Positions 1 to 14,470 are shown, numbered from the stretch's first letter. The stretch is 64,000 bases of DNA from Piromyces finnis finn (GCA_002104945.1 MCFH01000029.1:603899-667898); one strand, 5' to 3'. Notes: generated by a model from the letters alone, not told the origin. A program made the numbers and translations.

Positions 1-928
1 TTCCTCATGAATTTTTGAAAGACTAGAAATATGATTATTTATCATTTTTTTTTTAATGTTTTAGCGCTTTTCTTTTCTTTTTTTTTTTTGCTTTTACTTA
101 TTTATATAATAAAAAAAAAACAAAAAAATAAATTAAATTGTTATTTAGTGGTAAAAGGGTTTTAGTCCAAATTTTAATTCTTTTTGTAATCCCTTTTAAA
201 AATAAATAATGTCAAAATTTATTATTGTCTTAATAATATTATGAGTATTGTTCTTTCATATTTTTATGTTTTATATAAACTATAAAGGTATTTTAAACTT
301 AATAACTTATAAATGGATGGATTAAATTTATTGTAGTAAATTTAATCTCTATATTAAATTATTATTGTTGTTATTAAAAAAATTTTTTATGGTTTATAAA
401 TTTAAATTAAAAAAAATTTTTTTTATTCTTAATCCTCCAATGTACTATAAATAAAAAAGTTTAACATATTTATTTATTACTCATATTAACGACGACGGAT
501 TTAACTTCCATTTTAATAAATGAATATATATTTATAAAATTAAATAATTTATATATTCTATTAAAGGTAGTAAATGAATAAAAATTAAAGATAAATAAAT
601 TTAAAATATACTTTACAAAAATAAACTTTAACATTGTTTTTTATATAAATGGATGGTATAAATAAAAATAATAATCTAATACACTATCTATAGCCTGCCT
701 TAAAACTTTTATTATTATTTCATCATTCATATTTTATTTTTTTTAGTTTTCAATAATTTTTCTTTTCCTACATTCCTATATATAAATTTAGTTTAATAAG
801 AAAATACTTTTTGAATATTTATTATACAAAATATATACCACGATTATTATTACTTCATTATAATATTCAATATATAAGGTTTCTTTTTGGCATAAATAAA
901 ATAAAATATTATAATTATTAAATTGGCA

Positions 929-1146
<218 letters not shown>

Positions 1147-1575
1147 TTATACTACAATCTTTTTCTCTTTTATTATCACACATTTAATCGTTAACAATTC
1201 TATAAATGATTATTGAAAAAAGGAAATTTTTTAAACTAAATGAAATATATTAGAATAATATATTCTAACATATATTAAAATATATTGTATAGAGTTTCAT
1301 GAAATTTCATTCGTAGAAATATATTTTCAATAGAGTAGTTTATTAAATTTAAATAAATTTATATATATTGTTATTGATTTAATATATTTGGATAGTATTC
1401 TTATATATTTTGTATTACATTGTTAATATATTGCTAGAATTACTTCTTAAATTTGGATATTTAGTCGATAGCCAATAACTTACCAGAAATATATTAAAGG
1501 TATAAAGAGAAAATAAACAACATTATATAATATTAAAAATAGAAAAAAAAATTATTAGGATGATGACTATTATTA

Positions 1576-2107
1576 GTCGTTCCAGTTTTTATCCTGGTTG
1601 TTAAGGCGTTGCCTTAGTATACATAAGGCTTCTGGTTCGACCCCGCAGATGTCAGTGCCTGTGGATTTTCCCACTGGGTTTGCCATGGGTTGGGTTATGA
1701 TATTCAGGTAAGTATAAATGAACTTTCTAATTTACTACTATGATAATAACACTCGTCTAGCCGGCCTGAGAGGGTCTAGTGTACATGGTACATTCCAAAT
1801 TAGAACTTAATAAGTGGTGACTTAGGCTATGCCAAAAACACATAATATTCCTTAATCAATTTAAGTGTAAACATTAGGGGGCGGTTGACACGTGATCAAA
1901 TTGACTATAAGAGGCTTAGCATTGTAGTTGTGAAATATCGTACAACGACATGCATCTAATGTACATGGATTAAGTGAGCGTCGAAGCTGAAGAAACAGTA
2001 TGACAGACCAGGAGGGTCACAACCACCTAGCAATAGGAATGAGCCAACGTTTCTCTAAGAACCACCATTGGAGCTAACTCTGATCGATGGGAGAAATGCA
2101 CTCGGAA

Positions 2108-2159
<52 letters not shown>
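1576..2159 (+). mobile_element. SINE-like non-autonomous retroelement with tRNA-like head, structured body and 49-nt poly(A) tail
   Basis: GC-rich island flanked by the direct repeat ATGACTATTATTA (1563-1575 and 2159-2171; its first A overlaps the tail). Poly(A) at 2111-2159. Pol III B-box-like GGTTCGACCCC at 1634-1644, preceded by an anticodon-arm-like hairpin GCCTTA-gtataca-TAAGGC. No long ORF. Confidence 0.8.
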
Positions 2160-2161
<2 letters not shown>

Positions 2162-2842
2162 ACTATTATTATGATGATTTCATCATTTTTTTTTTTAAAA
2201 AATAATAATTATAATATTATTAATGATTAATGATTATTAAAAATTTTTTATTTTTATATTTTACGAGAAATTTTTAATAGAATTAATTTATATTAAAAAA
2301 AAAAAATATTTATGAATTGTATTGTAGTAGAATAATTAATTTCTTTTATCTCTTAACTTTGCACTAAAATAATAGAAAAAATAGATTAGATTTAAAATTT
2401 ATTATAGTAAATCAGGTTTCTTTTCTTTTAAAAAGAACTTTATAAAAAGAAGAAAAACTCTTCAATTAATTAAAAAAATTAAATATAAATAAACACAAAC
2501 CAAAACAACTTTGTATATATTTCATCTTTATTCTTTTTTTTTATTGTAGAACGCCTTTTAATAAAAAAAAAGAAAAAAGTTTTTTTTTTTCAATAACAAA
2601 AACTTAAAAAGCATTATTTATGAAAAAAACAAAAAAAAAAAAACAAATAATACAATAAATTAAATTAATTACTTTAATAAATTAAATAGAAAATTAATAT
2701 TAATTATTTAATATAAGAAAATAAAATATTACTTAATAATAAAAGTATATAGATTACAATTTTAAATAACATATAAAAAACAATAAAAATTTAAGATTTC
2801 TTTGATATTTTCTTTTAAAAAAAATAAATTAATCAATTCAAA

Positions 2843-3794
2843 ATGCAACAAAACGCTATGAAAATTGTAGTTGTCGGAGATGGTGCCGTTGGAAAAGTAA
2901 GAATCAATACAAAAATATAAAAATGGCTTATAAAATATATGATATTGTAATACAAATATGCAAAAAAAAAAAAAAAAAAAAAAAAAGATAGAGAAACTAT
3001 AAATATATCTTTTATTGTAGTATTTAAAATATATCTTTTATATAATATTATCAGACATGTCTTCTTATTTCTTATACTACCAATGAATTCCCAACTGGTT
3101 ATGTTCCAACTGTAAATAAAAATTTATAATATATTATATTATTATAATTTCAATAGCATAATAAAATTAATAATTTAAATTTATTAAAAAAGGTCTTCGA
3201 TAACTATTTAGCAAAAGTTAATATTGGAAATGTTCCATATAAATTAGGTTTATTTGATACCGCAGGTAAATTTTTCAAATACAAAACAAAGAAAAATAAT
3301 ATTTCATATTTTTTTTTTTGAAAAAGTGCAGTTAAGAATTAAAAATAAAATAATTAATTATACTTTTAATTAAAAAAAAATAATTTAAATGAACAATAGG
3401 TCAAGAAGATTTTGATAATATCAGATCTCTTTCATATCCACATACAAATGTTTTCTTAATGTGTTTTTCTGTTGTTATTCCAACAAGTTTCGACAATATA
3501 CGACAAAAATGGATTCCTGAAATTCAACAATATTGTGCAGGTGTTCCAATAATATTAGTAGGTACACAAATTGATTTACGTAACGATAGAGCTACCTTAG
3601 ATAAATTAGGTAAATTTTGTAAACGTCCAATTACATATGAACAAGGACACAAATTGGCTAAAGAACTCAAATGCGTAAAATATGTTGAATGTAGTGCTTT
3701 AACTCAAAAAGGTTTAAAAAATGTTTTTGATGAAGCTATTCTTGTTGCACTCGGTTGCTCAGATAAATCAAAGAAAAACTGTGTATTATTATAG
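2843..3794 (+). CDS. CDC42: Cdc42-like Rho-family small GTPase, 4 exons (2843-2896, 3055-3111, 3193-3265, 3400-3794), 192 aa
   Basis: Spliced translation gives P-loop GDGAVGKT, effector loop [45 protein letters not shown] and C-terminal CAAX (CVLL). GT-AG introns keep the frame (579 nt). Probably a divergent paralogue. Confidence 0.85.
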
Positions 3795-4495
3795 ATAAAT
3801 TATTCAAAACAAAGATTATATATATTTTATTTCAAACTATACAAAATATATTTTAATCAATTTTAATTTAATCAATAACAAAATTAAACCTTTGCTGAAA
3901 AGGTTAAAAATGACATCATAGAAAACAAAAAAAGTTTTTTTTTTCTTTTTAAAAAAAAACAGCTTGTAAACAAAACAAACAAAACAAAGAAAATTGTTTT
4001 TTAAATTATTTTAATAATGTTTTTTTTTTTTTTAAAAAAAAAAATTATATTTAAAAAAATTTAAAAAAAATTATATAAAAAATTTTTATTACAGTATTTT
4101 TTAATTAAATCAAAAGGATATATCATATAAAATTAAAAATTATAAAGAATGGTAAAAAAAATGTTTATAATTAAGACTTATTTCAAATTATCTTTTTAAT
4201 CTTTTAATATTTATATATAATATACGAATATAAATTAAATATATTTAATGTTATTAATATAAATTTATATTTAAAAATAAAATAATTATAATGTTGCTTA
4301 CAAGCGATATTTTATTAATGTAATACTTCATAATTTTCTTTAATATTTTTAGAAAAAAAATTCCAAAATTATTTTATTATAATGAAAAGTATAAAAAATA
4401 AAATAAAAATAAAAAAAAAATTAATCAAGAAATGTTATTTTTGTTATTTTTAAAATATATATAAAAAAAGAAAAAAAAAAAAAAAAAAAAAATAA

Positions 4496-4526
<31 letters not shown>

Positions 4527-5328
4527 AATAAAAAATAAAATAAAAAAAAGCATTTTTCATTTTTATATTTAATTATATATACAAAATATGTCTTACTTCA
4601 TTTAAAATAGAAAATTGTTAATACATATGATTATTTAGGTATAAATTTGTTATTTCTTTTCTTTAATTTATGTCTTTATAAGCAAATTTCAGATCAGACT
4701 CAATTATTCAGGTCGAGATTTCACAAGATATAGAATGTAATGAGAGTTTATCATGTTATAATATGTAAAAAATCAATAAGTATTATTAAAGATCTTACCA
4801 GCCATACCTTCTCTGTCTCATTAACTAAAAAAAACTAAAAAAGCATCACATACACAAAAAAAAAAAATAAAAAATCATATAAAAATAAAAATCATAGAAA
4901 AAATGTAGACATGGTAATTGAAGTAAAGCCTTTAGATTTAACCAGCAAATTATATTTCTTTATTCTCAATTAGTTATAATAAATCCAACTTTATAATAAT
5001 AATAATAAAATATCTAATCATTTTAATGCATTAATTTTTTATTATTCATAGAAAAAATAGCCTATTTATAGAACATTTTAGAAAATGAATGATAAAGCTA
5101 TTAATAACAAGGATTATTTATTTAAAAATAAAAAATTTTTATGTGGAATATGATAACTCAATAATCAGTACAGTTATTTGTTTTGTGAATTTGTAGCGTA
5201 TCATATCATCCTATACTAAGGCTTTACTATAAATAATTTTTTTTTTTCATCCATTTCCAAAAAAATAATAAAATTTATTAATGTATCACATATTTAATAA
5301 AATTTACCTGATTATGTAAAGTATAAAC

Positions 5329-5534
5329 ATTGATAATCTTTAAAAGATGCGCATCTTTTTTCCAGTGAAAAACATTGCCCCCCATACAACTAAACATGTG
5401 AGCCAGATTTAGAGCTCTGAAAAAGCCAAAATAGATAGGAACCTGTAAGGTTCATAAACATGGGGTCGTCTGTCGTATAAAAGGTGATGGCATATCCCTG
5501 GAAAAAAGATGCTCATCTTTTCTAGATCATCAAT
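5329..5534. mobile_element. MITE-like or hairpin element with about 37-bp terminal inverted repeats
   Basis: 5329-5365 is the reverse complement of 5498-5534 with 4 mismatches; the core AAAAGATGCGCATCTTTTTTCCAG matches 23/24. The interior is a GC-richer 132 bp. No clear TSD. Confidence 0.5.
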
Positions 5535-5892
5535 ATATATAAAAAATTAAAAGTTTTTGATACTATTATATTCTAATGAAAATAATTAAAAAGTAAATAC
5601 ATTTATATTGTATTTATAATATTTAATGATATTATTTATATTAATAGTTATATTTATTATATTCTTTTTTTTTTTTTTTACAATGATATTAGTTAATAAT
5701 CATTCATTTAATATTAAAAAAAAGTATATTTATGTCATTTTAAAACATAAAAAAAAAATTAGATTATTTTTGTACATTAACAAAAAGAAACAAAAAATAT
5801 ATTATTTTTATAATTATAAAAAAAAACATTTTTTTTAGTTAATCCAAATGTAAAATATAAAAAGTATAAATAAAAAAAGGTAATTAATGATA

Positions 5893-8800
5893 TTATTTAT
5901 TCTTCTCTATGATAATTTTCTAGATATATATAAAAAGTGAATGTTTATAATTAGTTCTATTGAATGTTAATTAATAATATATAATATATAATTACCTCTA
6001 ATTGATAGAAAGGGCATGATAATAGTGAAGGATAACTTTTTTCTGCAATACTTATTAATTGATTAAAAGTAATTCTATCTTCTGGATTAACATTTAAATC
6101 CTCAAATATCTTATAAAATAATTCCTATTGTTTTAAATTATATGTAAAGTATTTATATGTTTAATTAAATTAATATTCATTTTAAATTTTAAAATATAAA
6201 TTGTAATTCTTACCTTTGGATATGGAACATCCATTTCTTTTTCTGTGTGCCAATAATTAGCATCAACAATATATATTCCATAGTTATAGATCTAACAATA
6301 TATAATATATTATAAAAAATAAAATAAAAAATTAAAAATAGAATTCATAGAATATTTTTTATTATTTTATAATAATGCTAATAATTTGATTTGCTAATAT
6401 CCAATTTCCTATTTAATGGTATAAATTTAATTACTTTATAAAGTTCTTCAGCAGAGACAGAGCCACAATCAGAAACTACATTAATAGCTTTTTCAATTCC
6501 TATTCTTTGATTAGTATCACAACAACAACACATCAAGAAAGATGTTACATCAAACACTTCCTTTTCAAATGGCTTTTCTTCAATATTTTCTTCTACTCCA
6601 ACATTATCACCTATACTATCATTACAGTTATTACTATTATTAGTTTCAATAACTTCTAATGATCTTGATTGCAAAACTTCGTTATTTTCTTTAGTATCAT
6701 TTATTCCTGGTTCTGACTTCACAATAGTATTTTCTGTACTATCTGCAACATTAACATTAGCATTAGAATTATTTTGTGTGGTTTTATCATTGGAAATAGT
6801 AATAATTGGTTCGCTCTTTTTATCATTTTCTCCTTCATTTATTTCTTTATCCTCTGATTCCTTAACTTCTTCTTTTGTATTATTATTAATATAATAATAT
6901 AATATATATATTTAGTATAAATATAATTTATATATATATGTATATAATAATAATAATAATAAATATAATAATAGTAGTAGTGGTGGTATTATTATTATTA
7001 TGATTATTATTTTAATTTCTATTATAAAGACTATGATACCTAATATAGCTTCTTTTTTACATTCTTCTAAAAATTGGAGATCATCATTTTCTTGAGTATT
7101 TTCAGTCATAAAGAAGTCTATTATTTTATAAAAATATACATTTATTTTAAAAATATATCAATTAGCCATTTTTTATATATTTGACTTAATTCATGGTAGA
7201 TGAAACTTACAAAACATAGCTTCCTTTAAATTTTTATATCTCTTATAAATAGTAATGGTTTGATTACCTATTTCTTCATCCATATCTTCATACCATAATT
7301 TTACAGACATGTAATCACTCTTTGATATCTAAGTATAACAATTATTATATTAATCATATCGTATATATAATTTGATATTAGATTAGAAATCATCGTATTT
7401 TCATTAATAATTATTTTAGGCTTACCTTTCCATTTTGATATGATGGTAAATTCTTATAGGTTTGTTTCAAATTAATAATATAATCAACAGTTGGTACTGG
7501 AAGAACTCTAGCTTGATTCATTATAAATTTTCTCCAATTTATATATCCAGTATCAAATGGATCTAATAAATCAGTAATCTATAAAAAAAAATATATAGAA
7601 ATTATACAAAATAATTCAGTATATAGAATTAAGAATTTTTATGATATAGTTTAGATTTTATTTTAATTTTTTCATATATATATTACTTGTTTTATTTGGC
7701 TGACTTCAGAATTCATGTAATCATCTGGTAAATACTCCATTCCAATCTATAAAAAGTTTTTTTTTAATATAATATCATATAATGAATATATTATTCTAGA
7801 CATATCATTAAATCAATAACATAAAAAAAGTGCAAATATTTCTTACCGATAAAACAACTAATTTCATAAAACAATCAATAAATTCCTTATTGCTAATAAT
7901 ATCAGTGTTTGAATATTCATTAAACATTTTGCATATATTCAAAAGTTGAACAACAGTGAACTTTTCAGATGCTATTATTAAATAAAATATGAAAATATAT
8001 ATTAGAATAATATTTATAAAAAAAAAAAAGGAGAGTGGAGAAAGGAGAGAGAGAAAAAAAAAACTTATATATTCTCTTATTGATTTTTACTTAATTTTTC
8101 TACTGGAGTCTTAGAAGGTGGTAATGGGTCAGCAATATATGTTAAAATATCATAATTCACCTTAAAGTTTTCTCCTTCTAATATTAATTCATTTGGAAGA
8201 CGTGCTTCACATTCAATGGCCTCTTTTATTACAATAATTAATTCACTGATGGCATTCATTTCAATTTGATAGCGAGTAGTAATCCATTCATCCAATAAAT
8301 TAAAGACATCTGAACCGTGTTTTTGTAAATCCTTTTATTTATCAAAACAGAATTATGTTAATATATAATAATATATATAATAATATAATAATAATATTTT
8401 AATATATTTTAAAAAAATAAATATTATAATTTATTATAATAAAATCATTGTATCTTACTTTTATATGGTCTTTAGCCTTAATTTGTATTCTTTCTAAATT
8501 CAAATGATATGTTGTTTCCAATAATTGTATAAAATCTGTATATTCTTCTGATAATTTTTCTTCCACATCAACTATAATAAAAATAATTATTATTATATTT
8601 ACATTATTATTATATATGTATATATTTGGAGGTATTGATGTTATTAACTATATTTACACTTTTTGCTTTCTACCACAGGTTCTGGAACATTCTGCTTCTT
8701 TTTATCCTTTTTCTCCTTATCATTAACAACTACCTCCGCAGCAGCACTATTTTGATAAGCTAGAGCGTAGGCATTATCGATATATTGTGAGTATGGAACT

Positions 8801-11800
8801 CCGTCAGCATCTTGAATGAAGTTACTGTCATGGACTTGACTAGTAAATTGATGTCTATCTTTACCAATAATGGATTTCCTACTTGAACCAGAAGATGGAA
8901 TAAAAGAAGACATATGACTTTTTGAATTTTGATTACCACCTTTTGTATCTTGATTATCATTACCAAAGTTATTATTATTTCCTTTACCTCGTTGGTTCAT
9001 CTTTGATAAATTATCAATGGATCCAGAAGGTTTTGAATCAGAGCCAACATCTTGAAGACTATCATACATTGGAATTTTTATCTATAATTATATATTTAAA
9101 AGAAAAGTTAATTCTTTTTTTTATATAATATAAAAGTATATTAAAAGTAACTTACTCTTTTTAATGAATCATCATTAATTATCTTTATTAAAGTAAGAAA
9201 AAAAAGGTGGAAGATATATCATAAGATTAATATTTTATTAATTATAATAAAAAAAATATAAAAAATTTATATATTAAAAAAAAAAACTTACATAACCACT
9301 AGAATCAACATAATAGTCGTGAACAAGTTGGTTTATTCCAATTGTATGGTCACTTTCAACTTGCATCATAGTAATATAAATATTAATTATAATATTTAAA
9401 TGATCTTCAATCCAATGATCTTCAATAATTGCAGCTCTTTCTTGTTCTGCTTCTTCTTTACGCTTATCACACACTTCCCAAAGTTTATCTCTTAAATCAT
9501 CAGCACGTTGATGAAGTTCTGCTTTTGCTTCTGAATCCGATCTAGTTTTAAAATAATTATTAATAAATATTAAATTATTTTATTTTATTATAATAATTTA
9601 AACTTATATATAAATTAAAATATATCATTTATATAATTCTTTTAAAACCTGACAATTACTATAAATTTGAAATAAACAATAAAAAAAAAAAAAAAAAAAA
9701 AAAAGAATGTATAATAATATATTATTGATAATATTATAAACTAATTTCTAACCTTAAATCATCTTCAATTTGATTATATTCCTCTTGGAATATCGCAACA
9801 ATACTTTGTTTATCATCCGGTCTTTCTAAAAATTTTTTAAAATTAATTTTGGTATTATAAATATAACGAATCATGGTATCTTGTTCACGTCTTAAAGAAC
9901 GGAAAATAAATTTCAATGTTTCTATGTAATTAACTTCAATGGTTGCCCATGCTAAAATTAAAATATAATATTAGAGTATTAGATCATTTTTATTTTTTTT
10001 TGTCATTATTTTTAACAATTTTTTAAAGTTTACTTAATTTTATTTATAATTATAGAAATATTAATTTTTCTTTTTTTTTTTTTTTTAAAGAAAAAAAAAA
10101 CTTACAATCTACAAGAATTTCAGCAAGAGCTTTTGATGGACATCTCTTTCCATTAGAAGCAATTATTGGTGTGCGATTAGTTGCAGCAAAGTTTTGAAGT
10201 TCACTACTTTCATCATTATTAGCATTGTTTTCATCCGATTTATCTTGATTGTCTTGATTATCTTTCTTCTTATTATCTGTATAATTAATAATTTATAATT
10301 TCATTAGTTAAAATATATATTTAAATATTTTTTATATTTCTATAAATATCAAAAAACAAAACTTTACCTTTTCCAGTTTTTTGACCCTTTACAGTAGAAG
10401 CCGTAGTTGAACCATTATTCTTGCGTTTATTTTCCTTACTTGATTGTGTACGAGAACGATTATTCTTCTTTTTATCATCTTCTTTAACATTAGTACCACC
10501 ACTATTACCTTTATTAGAACCTTTATTATCAGAATTAGATTCAGCTTCACCATCATTTCCATTTTCATCAAGATTCTTTTCTGAATTGTTTTCTTTAAAA
10601 TATGTAATTCAAAAATTTATAAATGAAAAATCAATATTAATAGGTTTTTTTTTAGATTAAGTAATAATAATAATTATAAAAATATTTTTATTAATCAAAA
10701 AAAAAAAAAAAAAAAATAATAAAATGAAGAATTAATTTAATTATATAAATTGGTATTGTTCTATTAAAAGTTTATAAAACAAAGATTTTTATAATAATAT
10801 TTTAATTTTTTTTAGTACCAGTTTCTTCTTTTTTCTTCTTTTCTTTTTCTTTTTCTTTAAGTAATTCAAGTTCTCTTTTAGCTTCTTCCATTTTTTTCTC
10901 TTCTTCTTTTTTCTTTTCTTCTTCTATTTGTTGTCTTTCTCTTTCAATATCAGAAATAATGGATTGAACATTTTCGGTATTATCTTTTACTGATCTTGAA
11001 CCGTCAATTTCCTATTATTTATAATATATCATATGAATTAAATATATATTGATATAAATAAAAAGAAATAAAATATAATTAGTATTATATAAAATATTTA
11101 ATATTTATTAAAAAAAATACATAATATAAAAATCTATTTATTAATGTAATTTTATTCAATTACTTACATAAAGATTTTTGAATCTATCAAAGAATTCTTT
11201 AATAGAATCTACTTGAGCATCAAATGCAGCAATTTGATTTTGAATATTAGAATTATCTACTTCATCAATTAATGGAACTAATCTTTCAAATATTCCCTAT
11301 TAAATAAAAAAAAAAGATTTATGAAATATATATTATATTTAATTTTTAAATCATTTGATAATATTTATTCTATAAGGATTATGCATTTAACTTACAGGTT
11401 CATTTTCCGGTGGTGGATTATATTCTAAATGATATATTTTTCCTGTTAAAGTATCAACTTTTCTACCAGTCATACGTTTGAAAGCAATTTCATTATCAAC
11501 ATTTAATAATAATACCAAATCAAGACCACCTTTTAATTTATCTTCTTTTTGATCTTGAGACTTATCAGAGTTAACAGCATTAGATGTGGATTTCTTATTG
11601 GTACCCCCATTTCCGTCTTTATTATTTTTTGATGTAAGACCTGATTTTCTTTTAGGAAGAGATTGTTTCACTTTTTTAGGTTCTTCATAACTATATTATA
11701 TATATTATAAAATTAAAGTAAATGAAATATATATTTAATTATATTGAATAATATATTATAATCCATTAATATTATAATATGAAATAATTTATTTAGGTAA

Positions 11801-14428
11801 TTACCCAGTTAATTCTTTTTCTAATAAAGCTGCTTGTTCATGATTTTGAGGGAAATTGACTAGAATCCATCCCCCCTTACATTCAGGATGATCAATGTTA
11901 ACACGGCTAATGGAATTAACAACTAATTGAACTAAAAGTTCATCGCTTGGATAACCACCCTCTAACATTTTTATTTGTATTTCAGAACCAATCTGAGAAC
12001 GTGTGAGAGAATTCTTTTTAGATTTAAATGTAGAATTTAATTCATTGGTATCTTCATTACCAGCTTTAGCTTCAATTGTACTTACTCTTTTTTTTTTATA
12101 TTTAAAACATAAAAAAAAATTATATAAAAGTAAAAATATAATATTATATATATTAGTAAAAAGGATAATAAATAAAACATATAAATTTATCGTTAAATTA
12201 TATTATATTATATATATAAGCAATAAATATTAAATAACATTAGAAATGTTTTCTTTACTTAATAGCATCTTTAATCATATCTTCCAAAGATAACACAGCC
12301 ATGCTATACATAGAAGCAATATTTTTCGCTAATGTCATTTTTCCACTGAATCGTTTACCAATGATTGACATACAAATAGGTACTGAAGGGAAAACTGCTA
12401 ACTCATAAGGATCCTCTGGAATTTTTGTAATTTCATATAAATTATCGATAATTTCATTTAATGCATTATACATTCTTTTTGGAACATCGGGTGGATTTGG
12501 ACTATAAATGAAGTGTTAGAAAAAGAAAAAATAATATTATTAATAAAATGTAAATATAAAAAATGTAAATATAGACTTTAAAAAAAACTTACCAAAAAGT
12601 ATATTCCCATTCTTTTTGACCCTTAAGATAATTTTTAAATTCTTTTTCATCAAGAAGTTGAATACCTCTCATAACATTGCGATTTGCTTCGTCTACACTA
12701 ATTAAATTTGTATTTTCATTATTTGTACTATTATTAATTTGAGGATTAAGTAAATCAACATCACCAGCTTTTGTGGAATCGTTAATTGTAGCACCATTTT
12801 CATTCTCATTTACGATAGATTCACCTTCCTTGGAAATTGTTGCATCATTATTATCTATATGTGGTTCTAATGTGCTTTTTTTATTACCACAATTGATAGT
12901 AAAGTTAATTTCACCTGTACTAGATATATTTTCATTTTTGGGAGATGGTTTTTCGTTATTCCCTAATTTCTCATCATCTTTTACTTCATTGGTAGAATTA
13001 GTAGTCGATGAAAGATTTTGTTGAGATTTTGCTTTTACTTTTTCTTCCATTTTTTCTAATTTTGCTTGACTAGAAGACTTATTCAAATCAAATCCTTCTA
13101 TATTAATATTTTGAACTTTACTAAGAATATCTGGGTTTATTTCTACATTTCCTTTTTTTTCTTCTGGGAACTCATTATTGAATAGGTCAATTTTATCTTG
13201 ATCAAATTCTAAAAAGTATTTATCATCTAATGGTAGTCCCTTAATAAATAATGTTTTCCATTCATTCATTTGTTTAGTTGTAATTTGACCATCATTTAAT
13301 GTTTTATATTCACAAATCTTTTTTTTTTTTCATATAAGAATTTTCAAAAGGTACATATATATGTATATATTAATTTATAAAATTATTCATATTGTTGATA
13401 TTTATATTTTTAAATCGTAAAAAATATGAAGAAAAAAAAACCAAAAGAAAGAAAATGCCAATAAATAATATTTAATATTAATAATTTAAAATTTTATATT
13501 TTATTTTTATTTCAATAAAATCTGACGATAAGGATGACTATTTTATGTATATACCTTAAATGCAAAATCAACCAATTGCCATACCAATTCATTAATTAAT
13601 TCATGAGTAGCACGTTTATTACTTTCTTCCTTATTCATAATAATTTCATCATATTGTTTTTTGAGAAGAAGGGCTTCCTTTTCATATTCTTCACGAGCCT
13701 TCTTACCCAATTCTTCCTCTCGTTTCAATGCTAATTCATAATCCTTCTCTCTTTTTTCAGCATATTGTTGATTTCTACGACTTCTATTTTCATAAATTAA
13801 ATTCTTTTGCTTACGAACTTCCATCAATTGCTCAGCAATACGACGTTCTTGTTTTGATTCTGTTAGAAGTTGATTCAATAAAAAGTTATCTAAAGCTGCT
13901 TTCTTGTTTTCTTTACGAGATCGTTGTTGGGAAAGAAGAATCTTTCTTCTTCTATATTTTTTTTCTTTATTAGTTTCCTCTTCTTTAATCTTTTTTTCAT
14001 GAATGTGATTTAAATAATCATGTGTTTGCTTCATTGAAGTTTCAATGGAAGGTATCTTACGTTGAATCATACGCATATAAGCATTAGGGTCCATATTTCT
14101 TTGATATTTTAAAAAGTTTTTAATTTCATCAATTTCCATTTGTTTATCAGATTTATTATTGGTATCTGGGAGAATACGATTTGATTTAACGATATCAATA
14201 TTAGACATAATATTGTGATCATAATCACTATTAATATTCTTTTCATGATAGTTTAAGTTTTCAATTTCATTTTTAAATTTTAAGCAGGAGCTATCACTAT
14301 TTCTTAAATTTCTTTCAAAATTTTCAATATTTTCAATAAATTCTTTTTTAATCATCTTACTTCTTTCCTATTTATTAATATTACCCAAAAAAAATAATGT
14401 GGTATTATAATATTAAAAATATTCATAA

Positions 14429-14470
<42 letters not shown>

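Noticed and set aside
1645-1712. HDV-like ribozyme fit in the SINE head
   Set aside because: P2/P3-like pairings exist, but P1 is only about 4 bp and there is no catalytic C in the J4/2 position.
1758-1775. TAGCCGGCCTGAGAGGGT resembles a bacterial 16S rRNA segment, and CTGAGA recalls a TPP riboswitch
   Set aside because: Flanks do not continue either consensus; an 18-nt resemblance is not enough.
1987-1993. CTGAAGA hammerhead core in the SINE
   Set aside because: No stem II closing onto a downstream CGAAA and no matching stem III/GUH.
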